A stretch of DNA of 14,574 bases. Origin: Candidatus Firestoneibacteriota bacterium (GTDB lineage Bacteria > Oederibacteriota > D2-FULL-39-29 > JBDRBU01). Of the stretch, positions 6,299-14,574 are shown piece after piece. The stretch lies in contig JBDRBU010000017.1 of NCBI GenBank assembly GCA_043822305.1, positions 1-14,574 on the forward strand. Direction: 5' to 3'. The notes under the pieces were generated by a model, which saw only the letters and a program-made list of their open reading frames with translations, was not told the DNA's origin and ran no database searches. The first letter of the stretch is position 1. Every line of letters starts with the position of its first letter. Both the position numbers and the translations under genes were made by a program.

Positions 6299-8827
6299 TT
6301 ATTTTATATCTATCTCTTTTGTTTTTGATATTCCACTTATTACTTCCTTAAATACTATCTTAACTTTCCCGGACATAGAAGATAAATCTAATTCCCCATT
6401 ATAATTTCCGTTTCCCAAATAAAGATTACGAGATTCTTTGTATATCCTCTTATCTTCTTTATCAAATACTTCTAAATTAACCACATGGTCTCCTACTTTT
6501 TCTCCTTTTACTTTAATGTGTACTTCTATCACTCCTTTTCTAACTACTTTAGCATCTACGGTTAAACCTTTTATTTTATACGGAAGTAAAGCATATATAT
6601 TTGGCTTAAACAAATTTACAACTTCTTTTATTTCGCTTACCTCCCCAAAATACTGATTATTTAAAATATTGTATACATTTGATTTCTTTGGAAAATTTAT
6701 TAAAATCTCTCCTATCTCTTCCCTCTGATTTTTTTCCAAATCTGTTAAGTCTTCTGGTGAAATACGGTGAGAAACATTATTTATAAGTGAGACATAAAGA
6801 TTCTCTTTGTTTTTATGTCTAAATATTTCTATGCCAATAGGCCACTCTTTTTCTTTATCCATTAATTTTACAACAGGTTGTAAACCTGCAAATTTTAAAA
6901 CATTCCCAAACAAATCACAAATCCTTTTTGCATTTGAAGAGATATTCCGTATGTTTATATAATTCACGATATCAAAATTCAAATAAACTGTTTTTCCTTT
7001 TCCTGCTTCTTTTATTATAACAGATGGAAATTCTCCAAACTTTGCTAAACTCTTACCAGAATTAACCTTTGTATCTTTCTCATAATAAGATTGAATTGGT
7101 ATCTTGTTCCCTTTAAATTTTAAATCCTGATAATCTTCAGTAAATTCAATTAAAATATTCTCTCCATATCCTCCCATATAATCCCATTCTACTTCATCCC
7201 ATTTTCTCTTTTTTTCACCAATAGGTTTTAATTCTTCTGGAAATTTAAATATTCCTCTATCTATTCCAAAAAGATTATCTAATATTCCCCTTGCATCTTT
7301 GTTCATCTTACAATGTTCATCCATTCTTCCAGTTAAAATATCTGCTATCACTACTCCCCCATTTTCAACAAATCTTTTAATCTCATTTGCTTCTTTATCT
7401 GATATTGCAATGGAGCGGGGCATAATAAAAACTTTATATTTTCTATTTATTAACTCTCCATCTTCTATTTCAGAAGATGAAATAAAATTATACTGATATC
7501 CAATATCTTCTATTAGTTTTGTCCAACTTTCTCTTAGTCTTGCAAGTTGATTTATGGACATCTCCGGATATGTAGTTCTACTAATCCAATCTTTTCCTTC
7601 TCTTTTTACTTCAAATAACCAATCTGCTTGAATTGAAGACTGAGAATGATGAATCGCAATAGGATCGCACTCCAAATTACTATTGGATAATAATGGAACT
7701 ACTCCACATCTAATTTCCCATACAATCTCTTTTAACTTTTTGCCTCTTTGTGTAAGTGATATCCCTTCTTTTTTTTCATTAATAAAAAGATTATTAGACA
7801 TATTCTCACCACTATATGGCCACACAAGGACTCCCCTATCACCATGCAAAATATTAGACCACAATCTCTTTTTACTTTCATCATCTGGATTAGATATAGC
7901 AGCCACAAAAACTGTATTTGGTTTAGCAAAAGACCTCATCATCTCCCTACTCCCTCTTATATCGTAATGCTCTACCCAACTACATACTTGCATTAATTTA
8001 TAAAAATCAAACCCTCCCCAGATAGATGGCATCTGTGTCCCGGAGATTCCTACCAATGCATCTGGATTAACTTTACAAACAATATCTTTAAAATATTTTA
8101 TAGTATCAACCCATACATCATCCATAAAACTTCTATGGTCAGCCCAGGGAGAAAAATTTGCACTTTCAGGTTTTTTATATTCTCTTTCTTGAATCTCATC
8201 CGTAGTGAATGGTTCCACCTCATCCCAGGATTTAAAATTTGTTTCCCATTCCTTATTTAAACTATCTAATGTTTGATATTTATCTTTTATATACTCTTTA
8301 AATTTTTTTAAACAATACTCACTAAAACAAAAATCAAAAGGCCAACAGTTTCTTGTTAATGATGCTTCATCCCGTAAATCGTATCCTATGCATAAATCTT
8401 TTCTTGTCCTTTTTGTAATTTCTTCTACTCTCTTTCCTTCTTCTAAAAGATATTTTTCATCTGATAAACATGGGTCCCTTGCTAACCATTTTTTGCTTCT
8501 ATCTTCCTTAAATTTTTTATAAAGATTAGGAAATGTTTTATTTCTAATATGAAGTTTGTTTGCCATGTTTGTAGCATAGTAAAGAAAATTATAATCATGA
8601 AATACCGATGGACTTTTACTAGAATATAACATCCCAGCTTTTAGCCCCATCTCATATAAACTATCAAAATAAGCAGCATTATTTAAGGGGTCTTCCTCCC
8701 ACATTATTACTATAAAATCATCCCAACGAGTATCTTTCTTCCATTCATTCTCTTTTGAACCAACTGATACACTTGCTACAAAAGTTAAAAACAAGAAATA
8801 AAAACAAACCACTAAAATTTTTTTCAT
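6299..8827 (-). CDS. Exported GH42-like (beta-galactosidase-like) protein with trimerisation/GATase-like domain
   Basis: Signal peptide. FKEYIKDKYQTLDSLNKEWETNFKSWDEV is GH42-like; LRDEASL holds the putative acid/base Glu; LHGDRGVLVW. The trimerisation domain shows YKVFIMPRSIAISDKEANEIKRFVENGGVVIAD. SD GGAGG. Confidence 0.7.
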   Translation of the reverse strand: MKKILVVCFYFLFLTFVASVSVGSKENEWKKDTRWDDFIVIMWEEDPLNNAAYFDSLYEMGLKAGMLYSSKSPSVFHDYNFLYYATNMANKLHIRNKTFPNLYKKFKEDRSKKWLARDPCLSDEKYLLEEGKRVEEITKRTRKDLCIGYDLRDEASLTRNCWPFDFCFSEYCLKKFKEYIKDKYQTLDSLNKEWETNFKSWDEVEPFTTDEIQEREYKKPESANFSPWADHRSFMDDVWVDTIKYFKDIVCKVNPDALVGISGTQMPSIWGGFDFYKLMQVCSWVEHYDIRGSREMMRSFAKPNTVFVAAISNPDDESKKRLWSNILHGDRGVLVWPYSGENMSNNLFINEKKEGISLTQRGKKLKEIVWEIRCGVVPLLSNSNLECDPIAIHHSQSSIQADWLFEVKREGKDWISRTTYPEMSINQLARLRESWTKLIEDIGYQYNFISSSEIEDGELINRKYKVFIMPRSIAISDKEANEIKRFVENGGVVIADILTGRMDEHCKMNKDARGILDNLFGIDRGIFKFPEELKPIGEKKRKWDEVEWDYMGGYGENILIEFTEDYQDLKFKGNKIPIQSYYEKDTKVNSGKSLAKFGEFPSVIIKEAGKGKTVYLNFDIVNYINIRNISSNAKRICDLFGNVLKFAGLQPVVKLMDKEKEWPIGIEIFRHKNKENLYVSLINNVSHRISPEDLTDLEKNQREEIGEILINFPKKSNVYNILNNQYFGEVSEIKEVVNLFKPNIYALLPYKIKGLTVDAKVVRKGVIEVHIKVKGEKVGDHVVNLEVFDKEDKRIYKESRNLYLGNGNYNGELDLSSMSGKVKIVFKEVISGISKTKEIDIK

Positions 8828-8864
8828 CTTGCCTCCATTTTATTGATTTTTTCTTCTTCAGATT

Positions 8865-10706
8865 CTATTTTAACTTTTTTTCCATAGCATCTTTCAAGAT
8901 GTTAACTCCTCGTATTGACTCCTCGGCCATTCTAAAAGTTTGATACCTGTTTTCAACAGCATGCCAATTTTCGTAAATGTTTCTATCAAACCACCTTCCC
9001 CAGGTATAATACTGTAGCCATGAGTTTCCATAACCCGTATAAAATACATTTAATCCATTTGTTTTTGCTCTGATGTAAAGCCCTTGCTCAGACGGAGCTT
9101 CGCAACCTAAAACAGGAATTAAAACATCATTAAAACCAAAACATTGTATAAGCACCTTACTTGCATCACCCGTTCCAAAACTTCCCCATCCATTTACTAC
9201 GCCTACCTTTGTCATTTGTTCAAATTTAAGAGATGGTAACACATTAATAATTTTCTGCGAAAGGTCATCTCCAAAACGTTCTGCCCCATGTTTAGGATTT
9301 GGGGATGGATTAATATTATATGGTATTTCTATAGGCATATGATTTCCTCCAAATCCAATAGAGACCATAGCCTCTCCTCCAAATCTTTTTCTCATATATT
9401 GACAGAGACTTCCAACCTCACCATAAATAAGATGACCTGTAAACTTCAAAAAAGAACCTATGGGAGTTCCACTATTATCCTTAAAGAGCAAAAAATGCAA
9501 CTCCGAATCCCGGGGTCCATCAAAATATAATTGTGCATTATCCGGAGTTATTGAAACTGAAAGCCCATAATCCTTTTTCAAATCTTTTTTTAAATCTTCA
9601 AGTTGAGGTTTAGCATCCACTAAGGCACCAATAACTTTTTTACTTTCATCATATTGCCATATAATTGGACAATTTGTAGCATGCATAGAGAATGTAGTAC
9701 CAACTACCTTATTATTCCCTGTATTTAAAATTGTATTCCGATGAAGATTATATAAACTACCTACATCTATTTTACCATAAGCCATCTTTGCTGGTACTGC
9801 TTTTGATTTCGCTTTTTGAATAAGATCTATTGGATAAGAAACATCTTGATTTGCAGGCCCATGAGTATGAGTAATAAGAATCATTATATGTTCTTTTGGT
9901 ATTCCTAACTTATCCTGAATTTCTTGTTTGTATTTTTCCATAAATGATGTTTTTAAAATTATTATATCATGGATAGAAATAACAAATTCTTTCCCTCCTA
10001 TTGAAATATACATTACCCAAACAAAATATTCTGTCCTTTTATCATGAACTCCATTTTTCTTAGCAAATCCTACCTTCGCCTGTTCACCCGCAGTAGAAAC
10101 TTTAAAATCTATATCTGGTAATGCTGATTGAGGTGAGTTAAAATCAAAACCATCTACTTCACTTACTAATCTCTCTATATTTTCATATGGGTCCAATGGA
10201 ATTGGGTCAGGATACTTCATTTTTAAACTTGTTTCTTCTCTATAAATGGCCGGCTTGTTATTTGCTCTAATACGAATTAAACAATTAGTTCCTTTATCTC
10301 CATCAATACGCCAAGAAATTTTTTTATTACTTCCAGAATTTACATTCGGACCAATATCCCCTATCCCATGGATATCTCTTATTGTCCATTTTGTTCCTCC
10401 ATCATTAGAAAATTCAGTCCATATAAACACTTTAGATGTAGAAGAGCTAACATCATATTTCACAACTCCTGTCCAGCTATTCCCCCAACTACTTTTTGTA
10501 GAACTAATGTTGTTTACTATTACATTACTTATTGAGAGATCACCAGAACCACGAGTTATACTTTTTTTCTCTACTTTAATAAACGGGGTTTTATCTCCTT
10601 GTCCTAAAGCAAACTTATTACTCACTCCATAAATTACTTCTCCGTAGATTTTTACATTCAGAAATAAAATTAATATCATTACCATTAAAAAAAGCTTAGT
10701 AAACAT
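8865..10706 (-). CDS. Exported neutral/alkaline ceramidase-family Zn amidohydrolase with N-terminal Ig-like domain
   Basis: Signal peptide. The motifs GVHD, ITHTHGP, NLHRN, FTGH, GFGGN, LGCE and GYGNSWLQYY match, in order, the ceramidase-family series GxHD / HTHSGP / NR / FAxH / GD / PGE / GYAN..GY. N-domain VKYDV..EFSNDGGTKW..GDIG..KKISW. Confidence 0.68.
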   Translation of the reverse strand: MFTKLFLMVMILILFLNVKIYGEVIYGVSNKFALGQGDKTPFIKVEKKSITRGSGDLSISNVIVNNISSTKSSWGNSWTGVVKYDVSSSTSKVFIWTEFSNDGGTKWTIRDIHGIGDIGPNVNSGSNKKISWRIDGDKGTNCLIRIRANNKPAIYREETSLKMKYPDPIPLDPYENIERLVSEVDGFDFNSPQSALPDIDFKVSTAGEQAKVGFAKKNGVHDKRTEYFVWVMYISIGGKEFVISIHDIIILKTSFMEKYKQEIQDKLGIPKEHIMILITHTHGPANQDVSYPIDLIQKAKSKAVPAKMAYGKIDVGSLYNLHRNTILNTGNNKVVGTTFSMHATNCPIIWQYDESKKVIGALVDAKPQLEDLKKDLKKDYGLSVSITPDNAQLYFDGPRDSELHFLLFKDNSGTPIGSFLKFTGHLIYGEVGSLCQYMRKRFGGEAMVSIGFGGNHMPIEIPYNINPSPNPKHGAERFGDDLSQKIINVLPSLKFEQMTKVGVVNGWGSFGTGDASKVLIQCFGFNDVLIPVLGCEAPSEQGLYIRAKTNGLNVFYTGYGNSWLQYYTWGRWFDRNIYENWHAVENRYQTFRMAEESIRGVNILKDAMEKKLK

Positions 10707-10720
10707 ATTTTGTCCACATC

Positions 10721-12145
10721 CTATTTTTTAACAAGTTGATATATCGGTAAATAGCGATAATAAACCTCTAATGATAAAACGGCCATGGCTGTTGTATAGT
10801 TAAAATTTAATTGTTCTTCCCAATCACTGCCTTTTATTTTTCTGAAACTTCCATCTTCATTTTGAAGAGTAACTATATACTCTCTAAATTGCTTATTCCA
10901 ATTATCCCATATACTTCCTCCAACCTGAAACAGTGCTAAGTTAATATAATATATAGTATAATAATATGGAATTTTTGAAATATTTTCATTTTTTACTACA
11001 TCTATTAATCCTTCTGCTAAACGATTATCTAACTTTTCACAAAGTGCTAAACAAAATAATGAGATTGCCGGACATGCTCCATCTCCTTTTTCATTATTTA
11101 CATAATTACCTCTGGTTTTTATTACAAATTGTATGGCCTTATCTAAACCGTCTTTTATTTCATCTTTTAAGAATCCCCCATAATATCCATCCTTAAGTGC
11201 CATAATTCCCCATCCAGTAAATGATACATCAGCAGCACTTTCACGAGGACTATATCTCCATCCACCTGCTGAATTTCTGTTCTGACAATCTAATGTAAAA
11301 TTAAGAGCGTTTTCAACATTTTTCTTTATTGGACATTTTCCTACTGCATATGCTTCTGATAATGCTATAGTTGCTATTAAATGATTATACATAGTTCCAT
11401 TTGATAAACCCATACTTCCATCTTCTGATTGAGATTCAACTAAATACTCTGCTGCATTCTTGATAGTAATAGCATATTTATGTAGTGAATCTGCACTATA
11501 TCCTGCACCCAAAAATGCAAGTAAGGCTAAACTACTTACTCCTACTGTTGGGTTTTTTGTTTGACCTCGACCATATGGAACCGGACACTTCCATGAACCA
11601 TCTTTTTCTTGGTGTTTATAAAGATATTCCAATCCTCTATCTACTGCTTCTTCTGTAACTGGTGTCCCTCCATATTTTTTGGCCATCTCGGCTCTATTCA
11701 TCCTGGCTGAATATATTCCTATCCCTGCTCCTATTCCTTTTCCTATCCCGGCGCCCACTCCTCCCCCTGCTCCTCCTCCTTTACCAAGTAAATCATATGC
11801 TGCCTTTCCATATCCTCCTAATCCTTTTGACTGACCTATTTGCGTAATCTTTGGATTTATTAAAACCTTTGATTCTCCTATAGCCGCTTTTATATCTACT
11901 TTCGCTTCTTTTGGTAAATCTAATGCCTTTGATGATGATGGTAATCCTTTTTTCATCTCCCAGGCAGGACCTTCAGATTTTCCTCCTCCTCCCATTTGTA
12001 ATACTCCTCTAAATATTGTCTTTCTAACCGTTGGATTTATTATGACAACTCCACTCACAATAAATAACAAGATTAAATGAAAAACAAAAGAGATAAAAAA
12101 ATATTTTGATTCTTTTAATTTATCTTTAAATTTTTTAAATAACAT
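10721..12145 (-). CDS. Membrane-anchored prenyltransferase/squalene-oxidase repeat (alpha/alpha barrel) protein
   Basis: N-terminal TM helix YFFISFVFHLILLFIVSGVVII and a Gly-rich linker. QW-like repeats LYKHQEKDGSW, LVESQSEDGSM, LDCQNRNSAGGW, IVTLQNEDGSF; C-terminal TTAMAVLSLEVYYRYLPIY. SD GGAGGTG. Confidence 0.8.
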   Translation of the reverse strand: MLFKKFKDKLKESKYFFISFVFHLILLFIVSGVVIINPTVRKTIFRGVLQMGGGGKSEGPAWEMKKGLPSSSKALDLPKEAKVDIKAAIGESKVLINPKITQIGQSKGLGGYGKAAYDLLGKGGGAGGGVGAGIGKGIGAGIGIYSARMNRAEMAKKYGGTPVTEEAVDRGLEYLYKHQEKDGSWKCPVPYGRGQTKNPTVGVSSLALLAFLGAGYSADSLHKYAITIKNAAEYLVESQSEDGSMGLSNGTMYNHLIATIALSEAYAVGKCPIKKNVENALNFTLDCQNRNSAGGWRYSPRESAADVSFTGWGIMALKDGYYGGFLKDEIKDGLDKAIQFVIKTRGNYVNNEKGDGACPAISLFCLALCEKLDNRLAEGLIDVVKNENISKIPYYYTIYYINLALFQVGGSIWDNWNKQFREYIVTLQNEDGSFRKIKGSDWEEQLNFNYTTAMAVLSLEVYYRYLPIYQLVKK

Positions 12146-12160
12146 AACTTCACCTCCATA

Positions 12161-12188
12161 TTGAATATCAGATATCCTCTATCTTTTA
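12161..12188. repeat. Intergenic heptamer-phased element (copy B)
   Basis: Minus strand reads TAAAAGA TAGAGGA TATCTGA TATTCAA; related to 3908-3944. Confidence 0.4.
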
Positions 12189-12199
12189 TTCCTGTTTTC

Positions 12200-14574
12200 C
12201 TATTTTACTGCAAACTTCCCTACTTTTTTTCCTCCACTTTCATCTGTTATTAAAAATATATATATTCCTCTTGTTATTCTATCCCCTTGTTCGTTTTTTC
12301 CATCCCACTCTATCTTGCCATCTCCAACATTTCCTTCTGTGTCTGGCTTTATCTCCTTTACTAATTCACCGGATAATGTATAAACCTTTAATGTGGGCCT
12401 AGCCGTTACTTCAACAAATTTTATCTTATTGCCTACCGCTTTATCAAAATCTATCGGATTTGGATATACGACTACATTTAATAAATTATCTGCTACTGCT
12501 GTATATTCACTGATTTGAAATATGCTTAATTCACTTAATCTACAAGTAACAATATTTAAAACTTCGTCTACTGACTGATTCTTGCTCGCTAATTCCCACC
12601 TATCTCCAACTAACCTCATTACCCTTAGTTTCTTCTCTTTACCTGCATCTCCTAAATCATTATAATTGAACTTTACGACTAATTCTTTTCCACCGGCTAT
12701 ACTTACTACTGGATGTATTGTTATCTTCCTTAATGTATTACTTAATTCATTTAGTACCTTTATCTTGTTGTATGTAAATTGATTTGCCTTGTCTATCGAA
12801 TTCTTCTCATCAGAAGATAATATATCTTTTATATCTACCATTATCGCCACATCATCACTGAATGTATTACTTGACACTTCAAATCCAATCCCTTCTTTAT
12901 TAAATGTATAATCTAAACTGTGATTGAATAAAACATAGTAATATGGAGAAGTACTATTTGCTCCTCCTTTTGTAGTTATATATATCAAATACTTGCCTGT
13001 CTCTAATCCAGATTGAACTCCGGCGACTATACTTGTATCTAATAATACTGAATAACTCGAAATTGGAATATCTCCTATCTTTACTTCTAATACAGACGAA
13101 GAGGAAGTCCCTCCATAAAATACCAAGCCAACTATTGTAATAGTTGTAGAAATCTCTCGCAATCCTTTCTCGGGTGTGATTTGTGTAACAGTTGGTGGTG
13201 ATGTTGTTACTACATACTTCACTGCACTTGTTGAATTTGTCCCTCCTGCTGCTGTTACTTTAACATTGTATGTTGATACCACACATCCACTCGGCACTAT
13301 CGCATTTATGATTGTAGTATCACTTTGGACACTATATCCAGTTAAATTGTAATTGTTTGTTCCATTATCTATTTGGACACTACTTACATTATCACTTCCT
13401 GTGCCTCCATAAAATCCCAATCCAGTTATTGATACTGTTGTTAATACTAAATTTGATCCAGTATTCGGCACTATATCTGTTACTGTTGGACCAGTCTTTA
13501 CTACAAATTGGACTGCACTTGTTGTATTTGTCCCTCCTGCTGCTGTTACTTTAACATTGTATGTTGATACCACACATCCACTCGGCACTATCGCATTTAT
13601 GATTGTAGTATCACTTTGGACACTGCATCCGGTTAAATTATAATTGTTTGTTCCATTATCTATCTTCACGGTCTGAACTGTCGAACTTGTTAATCCACCA
13701 TAAAATCCACTCCCTGTTATTGATACTGTCGTTGTTGATGAATCAGAACCACTTGATGGTGCTACATCTATTACTGTTGGTGCTGATGTCGTTACTACAT
13801 ACTTCACTGCACTCGTTGAATTCGTTCCCATACCTGTTGTTACTTTCACATTGTATGTTCCGACTACCCGTCCACCCGACACTACTGCATTCTCTATCAT
13901 GCTATCACTCGTGACACTGTATCCAGTTAAATCATAATTATTTGCTCCACTATCTATTTTAACAAAACTCACATCACTACTACTTCCTCCTCCATAAAAT
14001 CCATTCCCTGTGATTGAGACTGTCGTTAATTCTGTATTCAAACCTGTATTCGGCATTACATTCGTTACTGTTGGCACAGGTGGTGGAGAAGACAATGAAA
14101 CTTTACTAAATTTTATATTATACGGGTTTCCAGTCCCTTCATACCATATCACAGGGACATATGAAGAACTTCCTTTTGAATAGACTGTATGTGCCCTGTA
14201 ATTATTAAGTAAATCATCAGTGAGATTTGCAGCAGTGCTATCCCAATTTATTCCATCATATTTCTTATACAATATATTTGCTGGTCCAGTTACTGCATTT
14301 GACCAGAAACACCATAAATTAGTTCCATCTGTGGCCAGCGATGAATCTCTTGTTGATGCGGATTGCACAGTAACAGGAGTGGACCAAATTGTTTCATGAT
14401 AATATATATGTTTAGTAACATAACCATATTGTCCAGACCAGACTATATGAATATATCCATCATTAGTAACACATACTGAAAACCTGTCATAAACATCAGT
14501 AGCACCTGTAATATTTGCTTTGGCTGACCAAACTGATCCATTCCAATAACTCCATGGAAGCGCATCATCATCTC
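12200..14574 (-). CDS. Large surface/secreted protein (5'-truncated): propeller-like repeats, 4 IPT/TIG domains, C-terminal FlgD-Ig/T9SS-CTD-like domain
   Basis: The frame stays open from the track's GTG at 14368 to the window edge (DDDALPWSYWNGSVWSAK..DGYIHIVWSG..), so the true start lies outside. Four PTVT.V.P..G.....TVSITG.GF repeats. C-terminus VYPNP..LKVYTLSGELVKEI..IEWDGKNEQG..ITRGIYIFLI..GKFAVK. Confidence 0.88.
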   Translation of the reverse strand, partial: DDDALPWSYWNGSVWSAKANITGATDVYDRFSVCVTNDGYIHIVWSGQYGYVTKHIYYHETIWSTPVTVQSASTRDSSLATDGTNLWCFWSNAVTGPANILYKKYDGINWDSTAANLTDDLLNNYRAHTVYSKGSSSYVPVIWYEGTGNPYNIKFSKVSLSSPPPVPTVTNVMPNTGLNTELTTVSITGNGFYGGGSSSDVSFVKIDSGANNYDLTGYSVTSDSMIENAVVSGGRVVGTYNVKVTTGMGTNSTSAVKYVVTTSAPTVIDVAPSSGSDSSTTTVSITGSGFYGGLTSSTVQTVKIDNGTNNYNLTGCSVQSDTTIINAIVPSGCVVSTYNVKVTAAGGTNTTSAVQFVVKTGPTVTDIVPNTGSNLVLTTVSITGLGFYGGTGSDNVSSVQIDNGTNNYNLTGYSVQSDTTIINAIVPSGCVVSTYNVKVTAAGGTNSTSAVKYVVTTSPPTVTQITPEKGLREISTTITIVGLVFYGGTSSSSVLEVKIGDIPISSYSVLLDTSIVAGVQSGLETGKYLIYITTKGGANSTSPYYYVLFNHSLDYTFNKEGIGFEVSSNTFSDDVAIMVDIKDILSSDEKNSIDKANQFTYNKIKVLNELSNTLRKITIHPVVSIAGGKELVVKFNYNDLGDAGKEKKLRVMRLVGDRWELASKNQSVDEVLNIVTCRLSELSIFQISEYTAVADNLLNVVVYPNPIDFDKAVGNKIKFVEVTARPTLKVYTLSGELVKEIKPDTEGNVGDGKIEWDGKNEQGDRITRGIYIFLITDESGGKKVGKFAVK
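12926..14074 (-). repeat. Four tandem IPT/TIG coding repeats (periods 294, 291, 294 bp)
   Basis: Repeats start at 14074, 13780, 13489 and 13195. 13235-13333 is identical to 13526-13624 (99 bp). Confidence 0.85.

Noticed and set aside
11714..11790. Collagen-like or DNA tandem repeat in the Gly-rich stretch
   Set aside because: The pattern is Gly-X, not Gly-X-Y, and codons vary, so it is best read as a low-complexity linker.
10721..12145. Squalene-hopene cyclase (shc) and hopanoid synthesis
   Set aside because: There is no DxDD motif, only one barrel plus a TM helix and linker, and no hpn genes nearby.
1802..12202. Stop-codon recoding (visible stops: 5 TAG, 3 TAA, 0 TGA; tandem TAG TAG at 3942-3947)
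   Set aside because: All genes are full length under the standard bacterial code with no in-frame TGA or TAG interruptions, and eight stops are too few to infer a bias.
13221..13663. Near-identical repeat pair as a DGR template/variable repeat
   Set aside because: The five mismatches (a/t, a/g, t/c, a/g, g/a) are not confined to adenines of one copy. Both copies are in-frame domains of one CDS, and no reverse transcriptase is present.
1192..13914. Short ORF-track entries on the plus strand (e.g. 1192-1425, 5773-6081, 10246-10632, 13357-13554) and nested minus-strand ORFs (4268-4468, 7732-7929)
   Set aside because: All lie within long, motif-supported minus-strand genes and show no recognisable domains, consistent with shadow frames.
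14366..14368. GTG start proposed by the ORF track for the 722-aa protein
   Set aside because: The frame stays open with similar Trp-rich repeat sequence up to the window edge, and no signal peptide follows this GTG.

Overview
AT-rich bacterial window (roughly 30% GC by eye) in which every credible gene is on the minus strand. In transcription order (right to left) there is a tightly packed run of eight genes. (1) A 5'-truncated surface protein with propeller-like repeats, four IPT/TIG repeats and a FlgD-Ig/T9SS-CTD-like tail. (2) A membrane-anchored prenyltransferase/squalene-oxidase-repeat barrel with a TonB-like SxxxH helix. (3) An exported neutral-ceramidase-family Zn amidohydrolase. (4) An exported GH42-like protein. 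(5) An exported PcRGLX/YetA (PL26)-like lyase. (6-8) Three cytoplasmic enzymes: a KdgF-like cupin, a xylose-isomerase-like TIM-barrel epimerase and an FAH-family hydrolase. A 295-bp spacer follows, containing a GTAG-type REP-like hairpin, phased repeats and a consensus sigma70 promoter. The promoter precedes a gene missing from the ORF track (1506 to <1), encoding a seven-repeat SBBP beta-propeller with a second CTD-like tail. The most interesting inference is a glycan/glycoconjugate breakdown locus coupled to a kinase-free sugar-acid pathway, in which several enzymes show altered catalytic motifs. There is no RNA gene, CRISPR array, transposase or reverse transcriptase in view. All family calls come from motif recognition by eye, not from database searches.
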